Shown piece by piece: positions 20,988 through 33,882 of a DNA stretch of 47,444 nt (positions within the stretch are counted from its first letter, which is position 1; each line of letters opens with the position of its first letter). The stretch comes from Octopus bimaculoides (Eukaryota), in contig NC_068990.1 of assembly GCF_001194135.2 (NCBI RefSeq), forward strand, positions 81,177,334-81,224,777, in the 5' to 3' direction. Under the pieces are notes generated by a model. It searched no databases, was not told where the DNA came from, and saw only the letters and a list, made by a program, of their open reading frames with translations. Made by a program: the position numbers and the translations under genes.

Positions 20988-21832
20988 CCACTTCCGGTTG
21001 TTTCAGGAAAAGGAATTTGTACCGGTATAATTAGATATATCTCTACATGCTTCATTGTAAATTGCAGCTCTCCACAAGTATTCGTTTGTCTTTTACGGCT
21101 GCTGAAGTGGACTAAGGTGTTTTATATATATATATGCACGACCCCAGCCTAAAATCACAAAGACATTTTCCTAGCCAGCTTCAATAATGCCAAATTTACC
21201 GCCCCCCTACTCGTCCTCATCTCCTTTCTTTCTCATATCCTTATTCTTTTCCATCACAAGTTTAGACATTTATCCACTTCCATATATTATTTCTTCACTA
21301 ACAGGCTTCCATTTTCTTCTCAATTTCTGTGTTTCCACGCATTTTAAATCGAATCTCTTGTGAGTCAATATGGGATCTCTTGACGAAAATGTAAACGTCA
21401 TTTTATTAAGGTATCTTTGGCCCGACGAGTAGCTAGCGGATTATTCGTTTTGTTTGGGCTATTACTACTTCCGAGTTTCTGCTAGCTGTGAAACATATAC
21501 GTAGCCTGAATTTTATGTACCCCATTCCCTAATTTTGGACTTTTATTCGTATACACAACAACCCCAGCTGCTAAGCGTAAACTAGGAAACAACTTTTTCA
21601 GTTTCTCGCTCTTCAATATGGGAAAAATCTACATAATTCTAGGTCAATAAGCCCCTATTGTTCATGGACATAGTTTTTATACCCTCTACGGACTGCTTGA
21701 AGCTTTCTAACTTACTAACTTCCTATGCCTTGATCATTGAATCTTACCCTTAAAGATATATATATATATATATATATATTCCGAATTTATGTAGATGTGC
21801 ATAGAATAATGTATCAGTTGAATAAAGTTACA

Positions 21833-22002
21833 ACATGGTATGGTTTTCGCGTTTTTTTTATTATTGTATTTAAAAATTTCTTTTACAATTTTGTAGTGGG
21901 TTAAACATAACTATATATATTTTTTTTTTAATGCTTAACACACCTCAACATTGTAAAAACTTTTTAAATACAATAATAAAAAACGTGAAAACCAGACCAT
22001 GT
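21833..22002. repeat. Foldback/palindromic element (MITE-like)
   Basis: acatggtatggttttcgcgttttttt-attattgtatttaaaaa...acaattttgtagtgggttaaacat is the imperfect reverse complement of atgcttaacacacctcaacattgt...tttttaaatacaataataaaaaacgtgaaaaccagaccatgt; ~75-bp arms, ~20-nt loop. Confidence 0.88.
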
Positions 22003-22073
22003 NNNNNNNNNNNNNNNNNNNNNNNNNNNNNNNNNNNNNNNNNNNNNNNNNNNNNNNNNNNNNNNNNNNNNNN

Positions 22074-22105
<32 letters not shown>

Positions 22106-22204
22106 AAGAGAGAGAGAGAGAGAGAGAGACTAATTATTGACGAATTTGAAAAGATCTTTTGTAAGGTCTTTCTCTTCTATATAAATCTCCATTCTTCCAG
22201 TTCG

Positions 22205-22378
22205 CTGCCTTAAACGTAGAGACGGGCGAAATGCTGCTAAGCATTTTGCCCGGCGTGCTAGTGGTTCTGCCAGCTAACCACTCGTCATCTGGTACCTAGT
22301 TTAGATATCCCGAAGAGATGATGAAAGGCAAAGTCGACGTCGGCGACATTTGAACTCATAACGTAATGATGGACGAAA
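22205..22378 (-). mobile_element. Two tandem SINE family A fragments
   Basis: gctaagcattttgcccggcgtgcta (head) and gatgaaaggcaaagtcgacgtcggcgacatttgaactc (centre). Confidence 0.8.
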
Positions 22379-23630
22379 GGCCTTGTGTCTATAGTAGAAA
22401 GGTAGGTAGATAGGTATGTATGTATGTATGTATGTATGTATGTATGTAGGTAGGTAGGTAGGTAGGTATACATGCATGTATACACTTGTGCCATTTTATA
22501 TCGTTGTGTTACGGCTCAGCGACTTTTAAAATGGCTAACAAATTCTGGCAACATTTCTGCATGAAATATTGCATTGAGTTTATCAAATATGCTCCCGAAT
22601 ATTGAATCAACCGGGTGGCTATTCTCAACATCATTGATTGTTTTATTTCCTTTTTCCTACATCGGGGACAACGAATTCCTGTCTGGCCATGTGGCTGGCT
22701 ACGAGTACACATTATCGAAAAGGCCCCAGGAAAGCAAAATACATTCTGGCGCTCACGTTAACTGCTGGAACAAAATTTTCGTTTCTCTTTCGCTGATATT
22801 TATAATTTTTAACACAACTTATTTATGAGATGTTATATCAGAAGAAATACTGTAGTAACTGGCCTATAGACAGTGTATGCACGTTAAGAATGATACATAG
22901 ATGGTTATTTCAATTAAATACTACATCAATTGCGTATACCAGATATATATGTGTGTATGTTCACAAATGTGTGTGGCGCGTATTTGTGCCTGCATGTATG
23001 TGTGTGCGTATGTATGTATGTATGTATGTATGTATGTATGTATGTATGTATGTATGTTTGTATGTGTATGTGCATGGTGTTATTGTATTTCTGTGTCATA
23101 AATACGGGTATTTTTACTTTATACACAAAACTCCAGCCATTTTAATATCATGTTTTTATTCTGATGGAAACAGATACGAAATATATTATTGATTTTTTTT
23201 TTCATCTTTTTTTTTTCCGTCTCCGTTCTGTTTTATAACAATATACAATCAACAAGATAAGTTATTACATCAAATATTACAGATGGCTGCAATGTATTTC
23301 GAGTAGATGACGAGATGACTAATGACTATTAAGTTAGACATAGTCCAGGATATGTCTAACTTAATACCATCTCGCTTTTATGAAGAATTGTATTTATGAA
23401 AGAACTGTCTGTCACTCGTCAACTCCAATGGATAATAAATAAATGGAAAAAAATGAAACGTGCCTCTACATACAAACGATTGCGACATCCTAGTATGTTG
23501 CTCTCACTGATTCGTTTAGATTCCTGATCGGAAAAGGAGTACCAGTCGAGTGTTGATGGCTGATGCGCCCTCTCGACCTTTCAACATTACAGTAATAGAA
23601 TATCCAGGATGCGACAGCAGCCCAATAAAA

Positions 23631-23633
<3 letters not shown>

Positions 23634-23678
<45 letters not shown>
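23634..23678. repeat. (GA)n microsatellite
   Basis: Direct reading. Confidence 0.95.
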
Positions 23679-23683
<5 letters not shown>

Positions 23684-24527
23684 TAGACAGAGACAGAAAA
23701 GTGCATGAACACTCGGCGGGTGCTTATTTTCCGCTGAGGTAACTTCATCAACGAGAAATGAAGTGCAATGTTCAAGAAAATAATGCAGTTCCAGGGATCG
23801 AAATTGTTGGAATCGAAATTTTGACCTTATGACTATCAGCCCCACAGCACTCTTAAACTCTTCGTCCCTCACTGTAACTATTCAACCATATTACCTTTTA
23901 TTTTGACCTGATCATCTTTTATTCAGAAGTACTGTATCTGGAGTCTTATCATCTCAAATTTCTTTTATATATATANNNNNNNNNNNNNNNNNNNNNNNNN
24001 NNNNNNNNNNNNNNNNNNNNNNNNNNNNNNNNNNNNNNNNNNNNNNNNNNNNNNNNNNNNNNNNNNNNNNNNNNNNNNNNNNNNNNNNNNNNNNNNNNNN
24101 NNNNNNNNNNNNNNNNNNNNNNNNNNNNNNNNNNNNNNNNNNNNNNNNNNNNNNNNNNNNNNNNNNNNNNNNNNNNNNNNNNNNNNNNNNNNNNNNNNNN
24201 NNNNNNNNNNNNNNNNNNNNNNNNNNNNNNNNNNNNNNNNNNNNNNNNNNNNNNNNNNNNNNNNNNNNNNNNNNNNNNNNNNNNNNNNNNNNNNNNNNNN
24301 NNNNNNNNNNNNNNNNNNNNNNNNNNNNNNNNNNNNNNNNNNNNNNNNNNNNNNNNNNNNNNNNNNNNNNNNNNNNNNNNNNNNNNNNNNNNNNNNNNNN
24401 NNNNNNNNNNNNNNNNNNNNNNNNNNNNNNNNNNNNNNNNNNNNNNNNNNNNNNNNNNNNNNNNNNNNNNNNNNNNNNNNNNAAGTATGGCTGGCATCTT
24501 GTGTGTGTGTGTGTGCGTGTGTGTGTG

Positions 24528-24565
<38 letters not shown>

Positions 24566-24998
24566 TGTAGATCCTGATGAAGGGCGTGGATTCTGCTGAG
24601 CAGGGGATTTGCTTTTTGTCTATTACATGTCACTATCAAGTATATATATAATCAGTTGCGATTGTGGTGTGTATGGCTGAGGTGATTCCTACCGCTATAC
24701 ATCAAAAGCTTTTTCACCAAACTAAATTGATTGTGGCTTGTATTGATGTTGTGGTCGTTGTCGTTATTGCTGTTGTTGTTAGGGTTGCTGACAGTGTTGC
24801 TTAGGAGAATACCCATCGGGCAAACTTTTAATTAAAAGCAATCCGGCCGCGATTGTCTCACCCGTCTAAGGTCTATCTACGATGGCGTATTTGGTAATTT
24901 TGTGAGAAGGATTTCTCGAAAAGAAACACTCGAATTAGAGCAGCAATTTCGGGTGTTATTTTAACTGCTGCTGTTATTAACATACCAAAGGTATTATT

Positions 24999-25416
24999 AG
25001 GCGCAGGAGTGGCTGTGTGGTACGTAGCTTGCTTAGCAACCACGTGGTTCCGGGTTCAGTCCCACTGCGTGGCACCTTGCGCAAGTGTCTTCTACTATAG
25101 CCTCGGGCTGAGAAAAGCCTTGTGAGTGGATTTGGTAGACGGAAACTGAAAGAACTACGTCGTAAATATATGTGTATATATATATGTGTATGTGTGTTTG
25201 TGTGTCTGTGTTTGTCCGCCACCCCCACCCCGACATCGCTCGACAACCTATGCTGGTGTGTTTACATCCCCGTAACTTAGCGGTTTGGCATAAGAGGCCG
25301 ATAGAATAAGTACTTGGCTTACAAAGAATAAGTCCTGGGGTCGATTTGCTCGACTAAAGGCGGTGCTCCAGCATGGCTACAGTCAAATGACTGAAACAAG
25401 TAAAAGAGTAAAAGAG
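24999..25416 (+). mobile_element. SINE family B, full length
   Basis: aggcgcaggagtggctgtgtgg...ccgggttcagtccc...internal TA/TG tract...gaaacaagtaaaagagtaaaagag. Confidence 0.95.
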
Positions 25417-25944
25417 AGTGGTATGCTCAATCAAGGTTATTCTGGAGTAAAAAGAAACAGCAGTGTAAAAACAAAACAACAGCAATAACTATGACTACAT
25501 CATTGTTGGGAGTTTTAGGGCATCGCTTGCTCTTTACTTTTAAACTATAAAGATGGTGAACATCTTATAAAGTTGATGACAAATTTTATTTGACTTCAAA
25601 GTTCCGTTCGAGAGGTGAGATTAAACAAATAAAAGCGGTGATTTATTCCTTCAAATATCAACAAGCTCACAAGTTGAATGTTGAGAAAACTTAACCTTTA
25701 TTTCCGTAACATACTGTCTGGAACAAACAAAAATATATTCAGTATTTAGTGACCAATGTTTATTTAAGCATTTTCCGTATTATCAATCCGGTTCTATAAA
25801 CAGCATTAAACCACTTATTTCTATTTCCTGAGGTTTCAGGGCGAGGGAGAAAAAAAAAATCTAACTTCTTTTATGACTAATGGCATTTATCGTTCAATTT
25901 ACACTACAAACTGTTGGCATGTTTGATTTTATATCTCTACTTCT

Positions 25945-25970
25945 AAGATGGCTGCCAATTTGTGACGTCA
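25945..25970. promoter_or_regulatory. Adjacent YY1-like and CRE motifs
   Basis: aagatggctgcc (25945-25956) and palindromic tgacgtca (25963-25970) in unique sequence; motif match only. Confidence 0.3.
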
Positions 25971-26042
25971 TTAAAATTGTCCGATTTCCTCCCTTTTCCT
26001 CTTGCTCTCCTGTATGTCAGTAACTTACTCTCCTTCTGTATG

Positions 26043-26091
<49 letters not shown>

Positions 26092-26657
26092 GTGTATACA
26101 TATGTATATATATATATTGTTAGATATTGGTAGACAGATAGTACATACATGCATACACACATACACACATACACGTACACACGCATAAAAACATACATAT
26201 ATGCATATGAATATTATTTGTACGTAAATACAAACATGCATATATATATGTGTATGCATCTATATGTGCGTATTTATGTATGTATGCGTGTATATATTAT
26301 ATACGCATTATGCAAGGGACTGTATATCAGTGAGGATATGTGCACCCCCGTGTGTTTGTGTCTGGTTTAGTATGTATATATATATTTGTGCATAGAGAAA
26401 AGAGAGAGTGTGTGTGTGAGAGAGAGAGAGGGAAAAGACTCAAAGAAAGACAACACGGATGGTGAAGGTTTGGGACGGTGATTCATGGAAAAATGACAGC
26501 AAGGAATGTAGAACAAAAATATTCCTATAAAATGTTACTTCTGGTGCAAGTCCTAGACACGCTGACATAGACATTATAAAGATTAACTATCATAACGATG
26601 AGTCATGCTCAATATATGTAGCTTCGGAAACTATTCTAGATTAACATTTATCCTCAG

Positions 26658-26723
26658 CAATCTTTTTAATGGATGTGATCCAGAATTCCCGGTCATCTGA
26701 CTGGATCGATATTTATAACTACA
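26658..26723 (+). CDS. Candidate internal exon, unidentified
   Basis: tttatcctcag|...|gtgaga; 66 bp; only one open frame, IFLMDVIQNSRSSDWIDIYNY; no homology recognised. Confidence 0.2.
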
Positions 26724-27410
26724 GTGAGATCTTAATGTCAGAAATGTTTAAACTTATGCTAATTTATTTACTGAATTACGTTTCAGCAAAACTATGTTTG
26801 ATATCGACTTCAGTAGATGTCGTAATGCGAAAATAGCTGAAGGCCGAAATAAAGTTGCTGACTCAGTTTCGATTCCTAACTATAACCATCATTTCTCTGT
26901 TTTTTCTTCTTTTTTTTTTTCTCTTGTGAGTTTCACCCCTATAACTCTTTTTCAGAGCCTCTCTTACTGGTGGACAGGAGGGAATGAGTTTTCCTTAGTT
27001 CTCAGTTCTGGTATGAATAATTGTTATAGAATTTACTCCACTAAAGGCTTTAAATAGCGCTGGATATAAATCATTACTCAAGGACAGTCACACAATCACT
27101 GATGGGCTTCTGTAGAGTTTCCATCTACAAGCAATTTCACACACAAGCTTTGGTCTTTTAAATACTATTGAAGAAGGTACTTACTATGGCGCCGCGCTCT
27201 AACATCAACATTTAAGCCATTTCGTTGTGAAGAGAACTGGTTAAGCAAACATCCATATGTTAAAATAAAAAAATGCATAAATTATACAGAGTAGTTGGGA
27301 AAAGTGATGGAAGTTGCAATTTCTAGCGACTAATTCACCGATAATTGAATCATTATGATCGGAAAGAAATAGATATTTAGAAACACTGCGATGTACATAC
27401 ATACATACAT

Positions 27411-27461
<51 letters not shown>

Positions 27462-27827
27462 NNNNNNNNNNNNNNNNNNNNNNNNNNNNNNNNNNNNNNN
27501 NNNNNNNNNNNNNNNNNNNNNNNNNNNNNNNNNNNNNNNNNNNNNNNNNNNNNNNNNNNNNNNNNNNNNNNNNNNNNNNNNNNNNNNNNNNNNNNNNNNN
27601 NNNNNNNNNNNNNNNNNNNNNNNNNNNNNNNNNNNNNNNNNNNNNNNNNNNNNNNNNNNNNNNNNNNNNNNNNNNNNNNNNNNNNNNNNNNNNNNNNNNN
27701 NNNNNNNNNNNNNNNNNNNNNNNNNNNNNNNNNNNNNNNNNNNNNNNNNNNNNNNNNNNNNNNNNNNNNNNNNNNNNNNNNNNNNNNNNNNNNNNNNNNN
27801 NNNNNNNNNNNNNNNNNNNNNNNNNNN

Positions 27828-27955
27828 AGACAGAATGAGAAACGAGAACATAATAAAAATGCAAAGACATAGAAAACGAACTTTATTCGAACAACGCAAA
27901 AAACAGAGAAACGAGACATGCAGCATAATGAACATTCCCTTCATCAGTTGTCCCC

Positions 27956-27957
<2 letters not shown>
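27828..27957 (-). mobile_element. Repeat family H, copy 4 (truncated)
   Basis: Minus strand caggggacaaCTGATGAagggaatgttc followed by the T-rich body shared with copy 2. Confidence 0.75.
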
Positions 27958-27992
<35 letters not shown>

Positions 27993-28903
27993 ACATACAT
28001 ACAAAATAAAACATATATATATACATGCATACACATGCACACATACAGATACATGGATACATATGCACATCATATACACAATAGCACTTATATATGAACA
28101 ATCACATAAATATATATCTATATACATACACAAATGTAATATAGATACATACAGACGTAGAAACATACAAACACATACATCCACGCATACATACATACAT
28201 ACATACATACATACTTTCATACACAAATACATACATACATCGTTCGATCCATACATAGATACATATATATATAAACATACATAACACATTCAAACATGCA
28301 TACATATACATACATACATACATACATACATAAATACATAAATGAATAAATATGTATAGACAGACACAAAACTTTATGTATATATTATTCATGCGCTTAT
28401 ATAAATTTTATACAGCACACATGCTTTTACTTACATGCACACATATTTGAAGACATATATATATACATATATATATGCTCACACACATACAAAAAAGAAT
28501 ATATAAATGCATAAACGTTTGTCTGTGTGTGTGTGAGTTAGGTACGTACATCGTATCATTGACATGTATATAGTATACTAGCAATTTTCAGATCATGTGC
28601 GCTGATAGACAGTTTTGAAAGAACCCAAGAAGTTTTCTCTCAAACGCGCAAGCATTGATATATACAAATACAAATAAACAGTACAGAGTTTTATAACCTG
28701 CTTGTATATACAAACACACATACGCGCACACGTACACTTATGCTCCTTTCACACAGTTACAGCTATGAGTAGACGTGCAAAGGCATATCCATGCATATGT
28801 ACGATTAGTTGTAAATTTACAAGAAGTTTTAACAGATATTTTATAAAATTTCATATGGTGATTCTTGTATGTAAGAGTTAGAATTAAATAATAATGATAA
28901 TAC

Positions 28904-29458
28904 ATGCCCTGGTGCAGTACTAGGCAGTGTCTCACATGGCTTTTGAGTTTAACTGATTGGAAGTGTTATCATGTACATTGTTTTGTCTTAGTATAAAAGA
29001 TGGGCTGCAGTAAATATTCTACTCAATATCACAGATTTGCTTGTCAATTGTTTGACCTTAACCAGTTAAGCATGTCCCTTAGTGGCTGATTATAGGTGTA
29101 TCTCTGATCACGAGCAGAAGTAGTGGGGGAGCATCATAGCCATGTGTTGAGAGGAATTCTTTGGGGTTTGAATAATTCGCCTCTGGAAACATGGGTGTTT
29201 CGATCAACATCCTTAAACAACACTTATTCAGGGGCCTTTTGAGCGGGATGGGCTATTCGACCTCAAGAAACTTTTAACTGGGCTCATTTGCAAGGCTATG
29301 CGCTGTTTATCTTGATATAAGATCACCATGTTACGCACTTATGTTTGTGATGCATGTGCGTGGTGTACCCTTATCAGACGGGTAGTCATGATGGGTATAC
29401 TGGGCTTCGTGTATTTTACTCCAGTGTCACTTTGATGGCATGCCCTGCTCTCTCACTC
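28904..29458. mobile_element. ~555-bp interspersed repeat flanked by AAT repeats
   Basis: Non-coding, AAT repeats at both ends; its last ~170 bp recur at 29506-29666. Confidence 0.75.
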
Positions 29459-29505
29459 AATAATAATAATAATAATGGTGATGATGATAATCCTTTCTAC
29501 TAAAT

Positions 29506-29666
29506 GCCCCCACCTGCGAGGTCATGCGCTGTTCATCTTGATATGAGATCAGCATGTCGCACACATATGGTTGTGATACAGTTGCCTGGTGAACCTTTAT
29601 CAGACGGGTAGTCAACATGAGAATATTGGGCGTCACTTTGATGCCACGTATTGGTCTCTCACTCAA
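29506..29666. mobile_element. Second, partial copy of the AAT-flanked repeat
   Basis: atgcgctgttcatcttgatatgagatc...ttatcagacgggtagtca...ctctcactcaa aligns to 29295-29460. Confidence 0.8.
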
Positions 29667-29794
29667 TGATAATAATAATAATAACATGACAATAAAATAT
29701 TATACTATTAAAATAATAACGATTATTCAAATTATAAGTATAATGGAGTAAAGTAAAGGAGATGAGAATAAGGATTTATAATGATCCCAATAGG

Positions 29795-29910
29795 TAACTG
29801 GTACTAATTATACGGACCCGAACCGGTGAAAGGCAAAGTCAACGAAGTCAGTGTTTGAACTCAAAAATAGAAGACGGTCTAAATCTTGAAAGCATTTCAT
29901 CTATCTTAGC
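29795..29910 (-). mobile_element. SINE family A, degenerate
   Basis: ctggtactaattatacggacccga...gaaaggcaaagtcaac...tttgaactc. Confidence 0.65.
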
Positions 29911-30697
29911 AGGGATTATATCAGCTCGATAACAGTAGCAACAACAATAGCATCTGTAATAAGGATACTATTAAGTTTAATATATCATTATATTATTATT
30001 ATCGCTTTTAATTAAAATAACTTAGATATAAAGTTCATAAGTGAATTAGATACTTAATTATCACTTAATTTACTTATAAGGTTGAGCATCTTTTAAATTT
30101 AAAAATGCACGCAGAAATAAAACGCATTAGCAAAATGTTTCATGTTACTTGAAAGGAAATCTTTTGCTCTACAAGATAGTGTGTTTTCATTTCTCAAATT
30201 TTATTGATTTTTGGGTATTTTCGTATCATTAAGATGGAATGTCAAGTGGACTCTCTTTTTTATATCACTCATTCTTTATTCGCTATTCTCCCCTCTACCT
30301 CTCTATATAACTCCTGATTACATTACTAACTTTATTTAAAGGCTTTGTCAAAGTAGAAACTTTGTATTTTTTGATTCTCTGTCAGAAGAATTTTTAGTAA
30401 GAGTTATCTTAAATGTTTGTCGTACATGTACAATTTTGAAAGCTCCTCCTATGATCAATTGAAACACGTGTTATTTTGAACAAATAATAGCAAAATGTTT
30501 TTCCAATCTCCTGTTTGGATATGAAATTATTCTGCAAATACTGTATTCCAGCATTTGTCAACACTTATGCGTGCCTCACACAATCATAACATCTACATAT
30601 AATTTTGGAGTATTGGAATAAGCGGACATGATTCATGAGGACACAACTTGAATTATAACCCTATTTAGGTAATACGTATGCATGCATGCATGCCTGC

Positions 30698-30730
<33 letters not shown>

Positions 30731-30839
30731 TGTATGTATGTATGTATGTCTCTTCTGTATTTAATCAATTAAATTCTTCCTCTGGAGAAGGAACTGGTTT
30801 CTAACAAAGATACAATGTTCCAGCATTGGAATGTAGATA

Positions 30840-31735
30840 ACGAAAGCAATATCACCTTTTAAACCTGAGAATGGTATTGCACAATTTCACTGTTCCACTT
30901 ACAGATTGTATTTGTAATGAGCGAGTTAGTTAGTGGATCTCTTTTTCTGAGAATCCAGGCTGATCCAGACTGACAGTCAGCCATTTACTTACAAAATCAA
31001 GTGCTCCAGTTATTACTAGTATAAATGGAAATTAGTAATCCGGATATAGAAATTGGAGCTTTCGAAGTAGTTGTCAATAGTCATCTTCTTTTCCTTTGAT
31101 TTTCAAAGAAATATTCACATCAGCAGGCCATATGACGTCTATGATGGTACATGATTTTCTTATCCCAAAGAACAATATCCGGCCTGTTATGCTTACATTT
31201 GATAGATGTTTACATGGGAATATTCCACCAGTATTCTTTACGCTGATATTTGCGTAACATTTTCCAAATGGTATTGTATATTGTTTGTTTTCTTTTTTTG
31301 CGACAACGTCATGTCACATAGGGAGGTAATAATTTGATGACGTTCTTGGACAGTTACTAATCACAGGTATGATGTCTTCCACAAAAATATGACACTCTAC
31401 ATTTACAGTTGCATCTTCGAACTCCAAGGGCTTCACTGTCTCTTTCGTTGATTAGGTATTTATTAGCAATCTCTTGTTAACGGATTGTACACGAATAGCC
31501 TTCGAAATGTGATGTGATGTAGCGGTTACGAGTCCAAGAGAGCCTTCGATTCATATTAATGTTACTATCCTCTTCAAGTCTACGACAAACATTCGCGTAC
31601 ATGATCTTTTTTTTTTATTTTGGTATGTTGAGCATTTCACTTCCAGGTCTTCTTCAAGGTATGCTTGTCCAGCTAATTTGGGGTTTTATGAGAGGTCATC
31701 AGAAAGCGAGTACTTCCTGAGGAGCTACTTCTAAC
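30840..31735 (-). pseudogene. R4/NeSL-type LINE 3' part: zinc knuckle plus restriction-like endonuclease
   Basis: ITSHFEGY...QEI; CKCR...VEDIIPVISNCP...YLPM*HDVVAK (CCHC knuckle and RHD motif); KHNRPDIVLWDKK/CTIIDVIWPADVNISLKIKGKEDDY; LQIQSVSGTVKLCNTILRF*. Confidence 0.88.
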
Positions 31736-31914
31736 ACGTAGGATATGTATGTATGTATATATGTATATATGTATATATGTATGTATGCATGCATGCATGT
31801 TTGTATGTATGCCAAAAACCAGTAAACTAAGCTTCAATTGTGAAACAGAACCATATATTGTAGTTCCACCCCGTCTAATTTACAGCTGCTAGCATGTAGT
31901 ATATAGCATTATAG

Positions 31915-32045
<131 letters not shown>

Positions 32046-32208
32046 CAAAGTCCATACGGACGTTAAAATAGTAGAATAGAATCAGAATTCAGTTTGTCCA
32101 AAGTTTATCTTCGTTATAACCAAATTAGAGCCAGCTTCTAAATTGTTGGTTGATTTCCTTCAATTATGAACTACATGTCTCTCAAATCAAACACTACTGA
32201 TTTAATAG

Positions 32209-32289
32209 CGGAACAGCATTAGATTACGTAGTCCCAGATAAAACCTTAATTGAATATTTAATGAATGGCCACGGTTGCATCACCGTTGA
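32209..32289 (+). CDS. Candidate internal exon, unidentified
   Basis: tactgatttaatag|...GA|gtaaaa; 81 bp, GTALDYVVPDKTLIEYLMNGHGCITV; alternative acceptor at 32223. Confidence 0.15.
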
Positions 32290-33009
32290 GTAAAAACTTA
32301 TTAATGGGGAATGTTCTGCTAACAAAGGTAGCATTTTTCTTCTGTTTATAAAAATGAAATTTCTTGTGGAATTAATTTTGAATATTTTGAACGACTTACT
32401 TCCCTTTTTCTTCAGTCTCAAACAAAGAAATTACCTCAAAAGATTTTGTTTTCTTTGTCTAATTGAGAGGCAAATTTTGGTTCAGAATTTCTTGTGTACA
32501 TAATTCAATACATCACTGAGTATTTAAATTCATCCCATCAGTCTATTTGAGTTACTTCCCTTGGTTCAGTTTATGTAATTAACTAATCTTGAGATCTATT
32601 TGAATTGCTTCAGTCAGCAGCCATACTTCTTTTAATAAAAGAAATGACATATTGGATAATATTTCCGCCGAGGCACAGTAACTAAAAGCGATTAGATGGT
32701 TTCGTTTTAAAGGTCTTTTACTCGTAATTCTGTTCAATTAAAGCTATCAAAACAACTACTAAATATGCTTTGTTTATTTTAGAAGCTGAATATCTCAGTG
32801 AAAACATCAAGAAGGATTGTATTATAGATTCAGAAACAGTAGAGATTAAAGGAGTTCATTAAACAAATTTAGAGGAGCTAAAAATCTTGCATATTAAATG
32901 TAATTTACTAAAAACAAATTATGATACAAGCTATATGCATTCTCATAAATGAACAGACACCTTGAGAGAGACACACACGCACGTATCCATACATATATAC
33001 TTATATACT

Positions 33010-33043
<34 letters not shown>

Positions 33044-33045
<2 letters not shown>

Positions 33046-33120
33046 CGATTTCTTCGACGAAAACCCTTCGAGGCGGTGCTCCAGTTTGGCCGCAGTCAAA
33101 TGAATGAAATAAGTAAAACA
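33044..33120 (+). mobile_element. SINE family B, 3' tail
   Basis: aatcgatttcttcgac...ggcggtgctccagtttggccgcagtcaaatgaatgaaataagtaaaa. Confidence 0.8.
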
Positions 33121-33584
33121 GTAAAAGACTATATTATGCAGACATAGATACAATGTAGATATAAAGAAAGATATATTGATGGAGAAAAATGGATAGAGGA
33201 ACAAATTATAATTGCCTCTATAGACATGAGACAAATGTCTACCATTTGTAAATTAATTTTCTTTTTGCTGCCTTTTGCTTCTGTATTTTTATTGTCTATC
33301 TTTTTGTATAGCAATAATATCCCTAAGCGTGGAGAATAATAATATCTTGGCGTGTCATATGCTGTAGAAATGCAAATACCAAAAGTATAAACAAAAAAAA
33401 AATCAAGCTTAACAAGAATACCACGAAGAACCGCCAATTGCTATGTAATTATATATTTTCTTGCTGAGTCAATCAATGATAAAACATGATAATTCCGCCT
33501 TTTAAAAAGTAAATTAAAACTTTTTTTTATTGTTGATGTTGTTCTTGTTTTTCTCTGTATTGTCTGTTGCAATTTTTTTTTGCT

Positions 33585-33882
33585 ACTGCTGCTGTTGACG
33601 ATGACTAAGAAGACGTAGACGATGATGATGATGACAAAAATGATGGCGGCGGCGGTGGTAGTGGTGGTGATAGTGGTTATAATGATGATGATCTCGCACT
33701 TTGCTAGTACTGCTGTTTATGCTGACGACGCCGCCGCCGCTGCTGCTGATGATGATGGTGATGATGAGGAGGAGGAGGATGTGGAGGATATATGGTGGGG
33801 GAGCGAAAATGTGGGTGATGATAATGGTGATGGAGAAGATGATGATGGTGAATATGATGATGATGATGATAATGATGATGAT
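33585..33882. repeat. Low-complexity GAT/GGT/GAG/GCC trinucleotide mosaic
   Basis: Direct reading; similar tract at 44640-44800. Confidence 0.9.

Noticed and set aside
21305-21410. ctaacag...AG|gtatct exon-like segment
   Set aside because: Stops in all three frames across the segment; only a 14-codon ATG-initiated tail is open.
23520-23740. MADAPSRPFNITV... as a fibronectin type III-like exon
   Set aside because: Similarity is limited to a few residues and the frame runs into a (GA)n tract.
24567-24600. cctgatgaagggcgtgg as another hammerhead or family H copy
   Set aside because: No matching GAAA box, stem partner or family H flanks.
30805-30830. LINE 3' UTR as the source of the SINE A tail (16/22 match to ccttgtgtctttagtagaaagg)
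   Set aside because: Short AT-rich match, and the LINE UTR continues past it instead of ending there.
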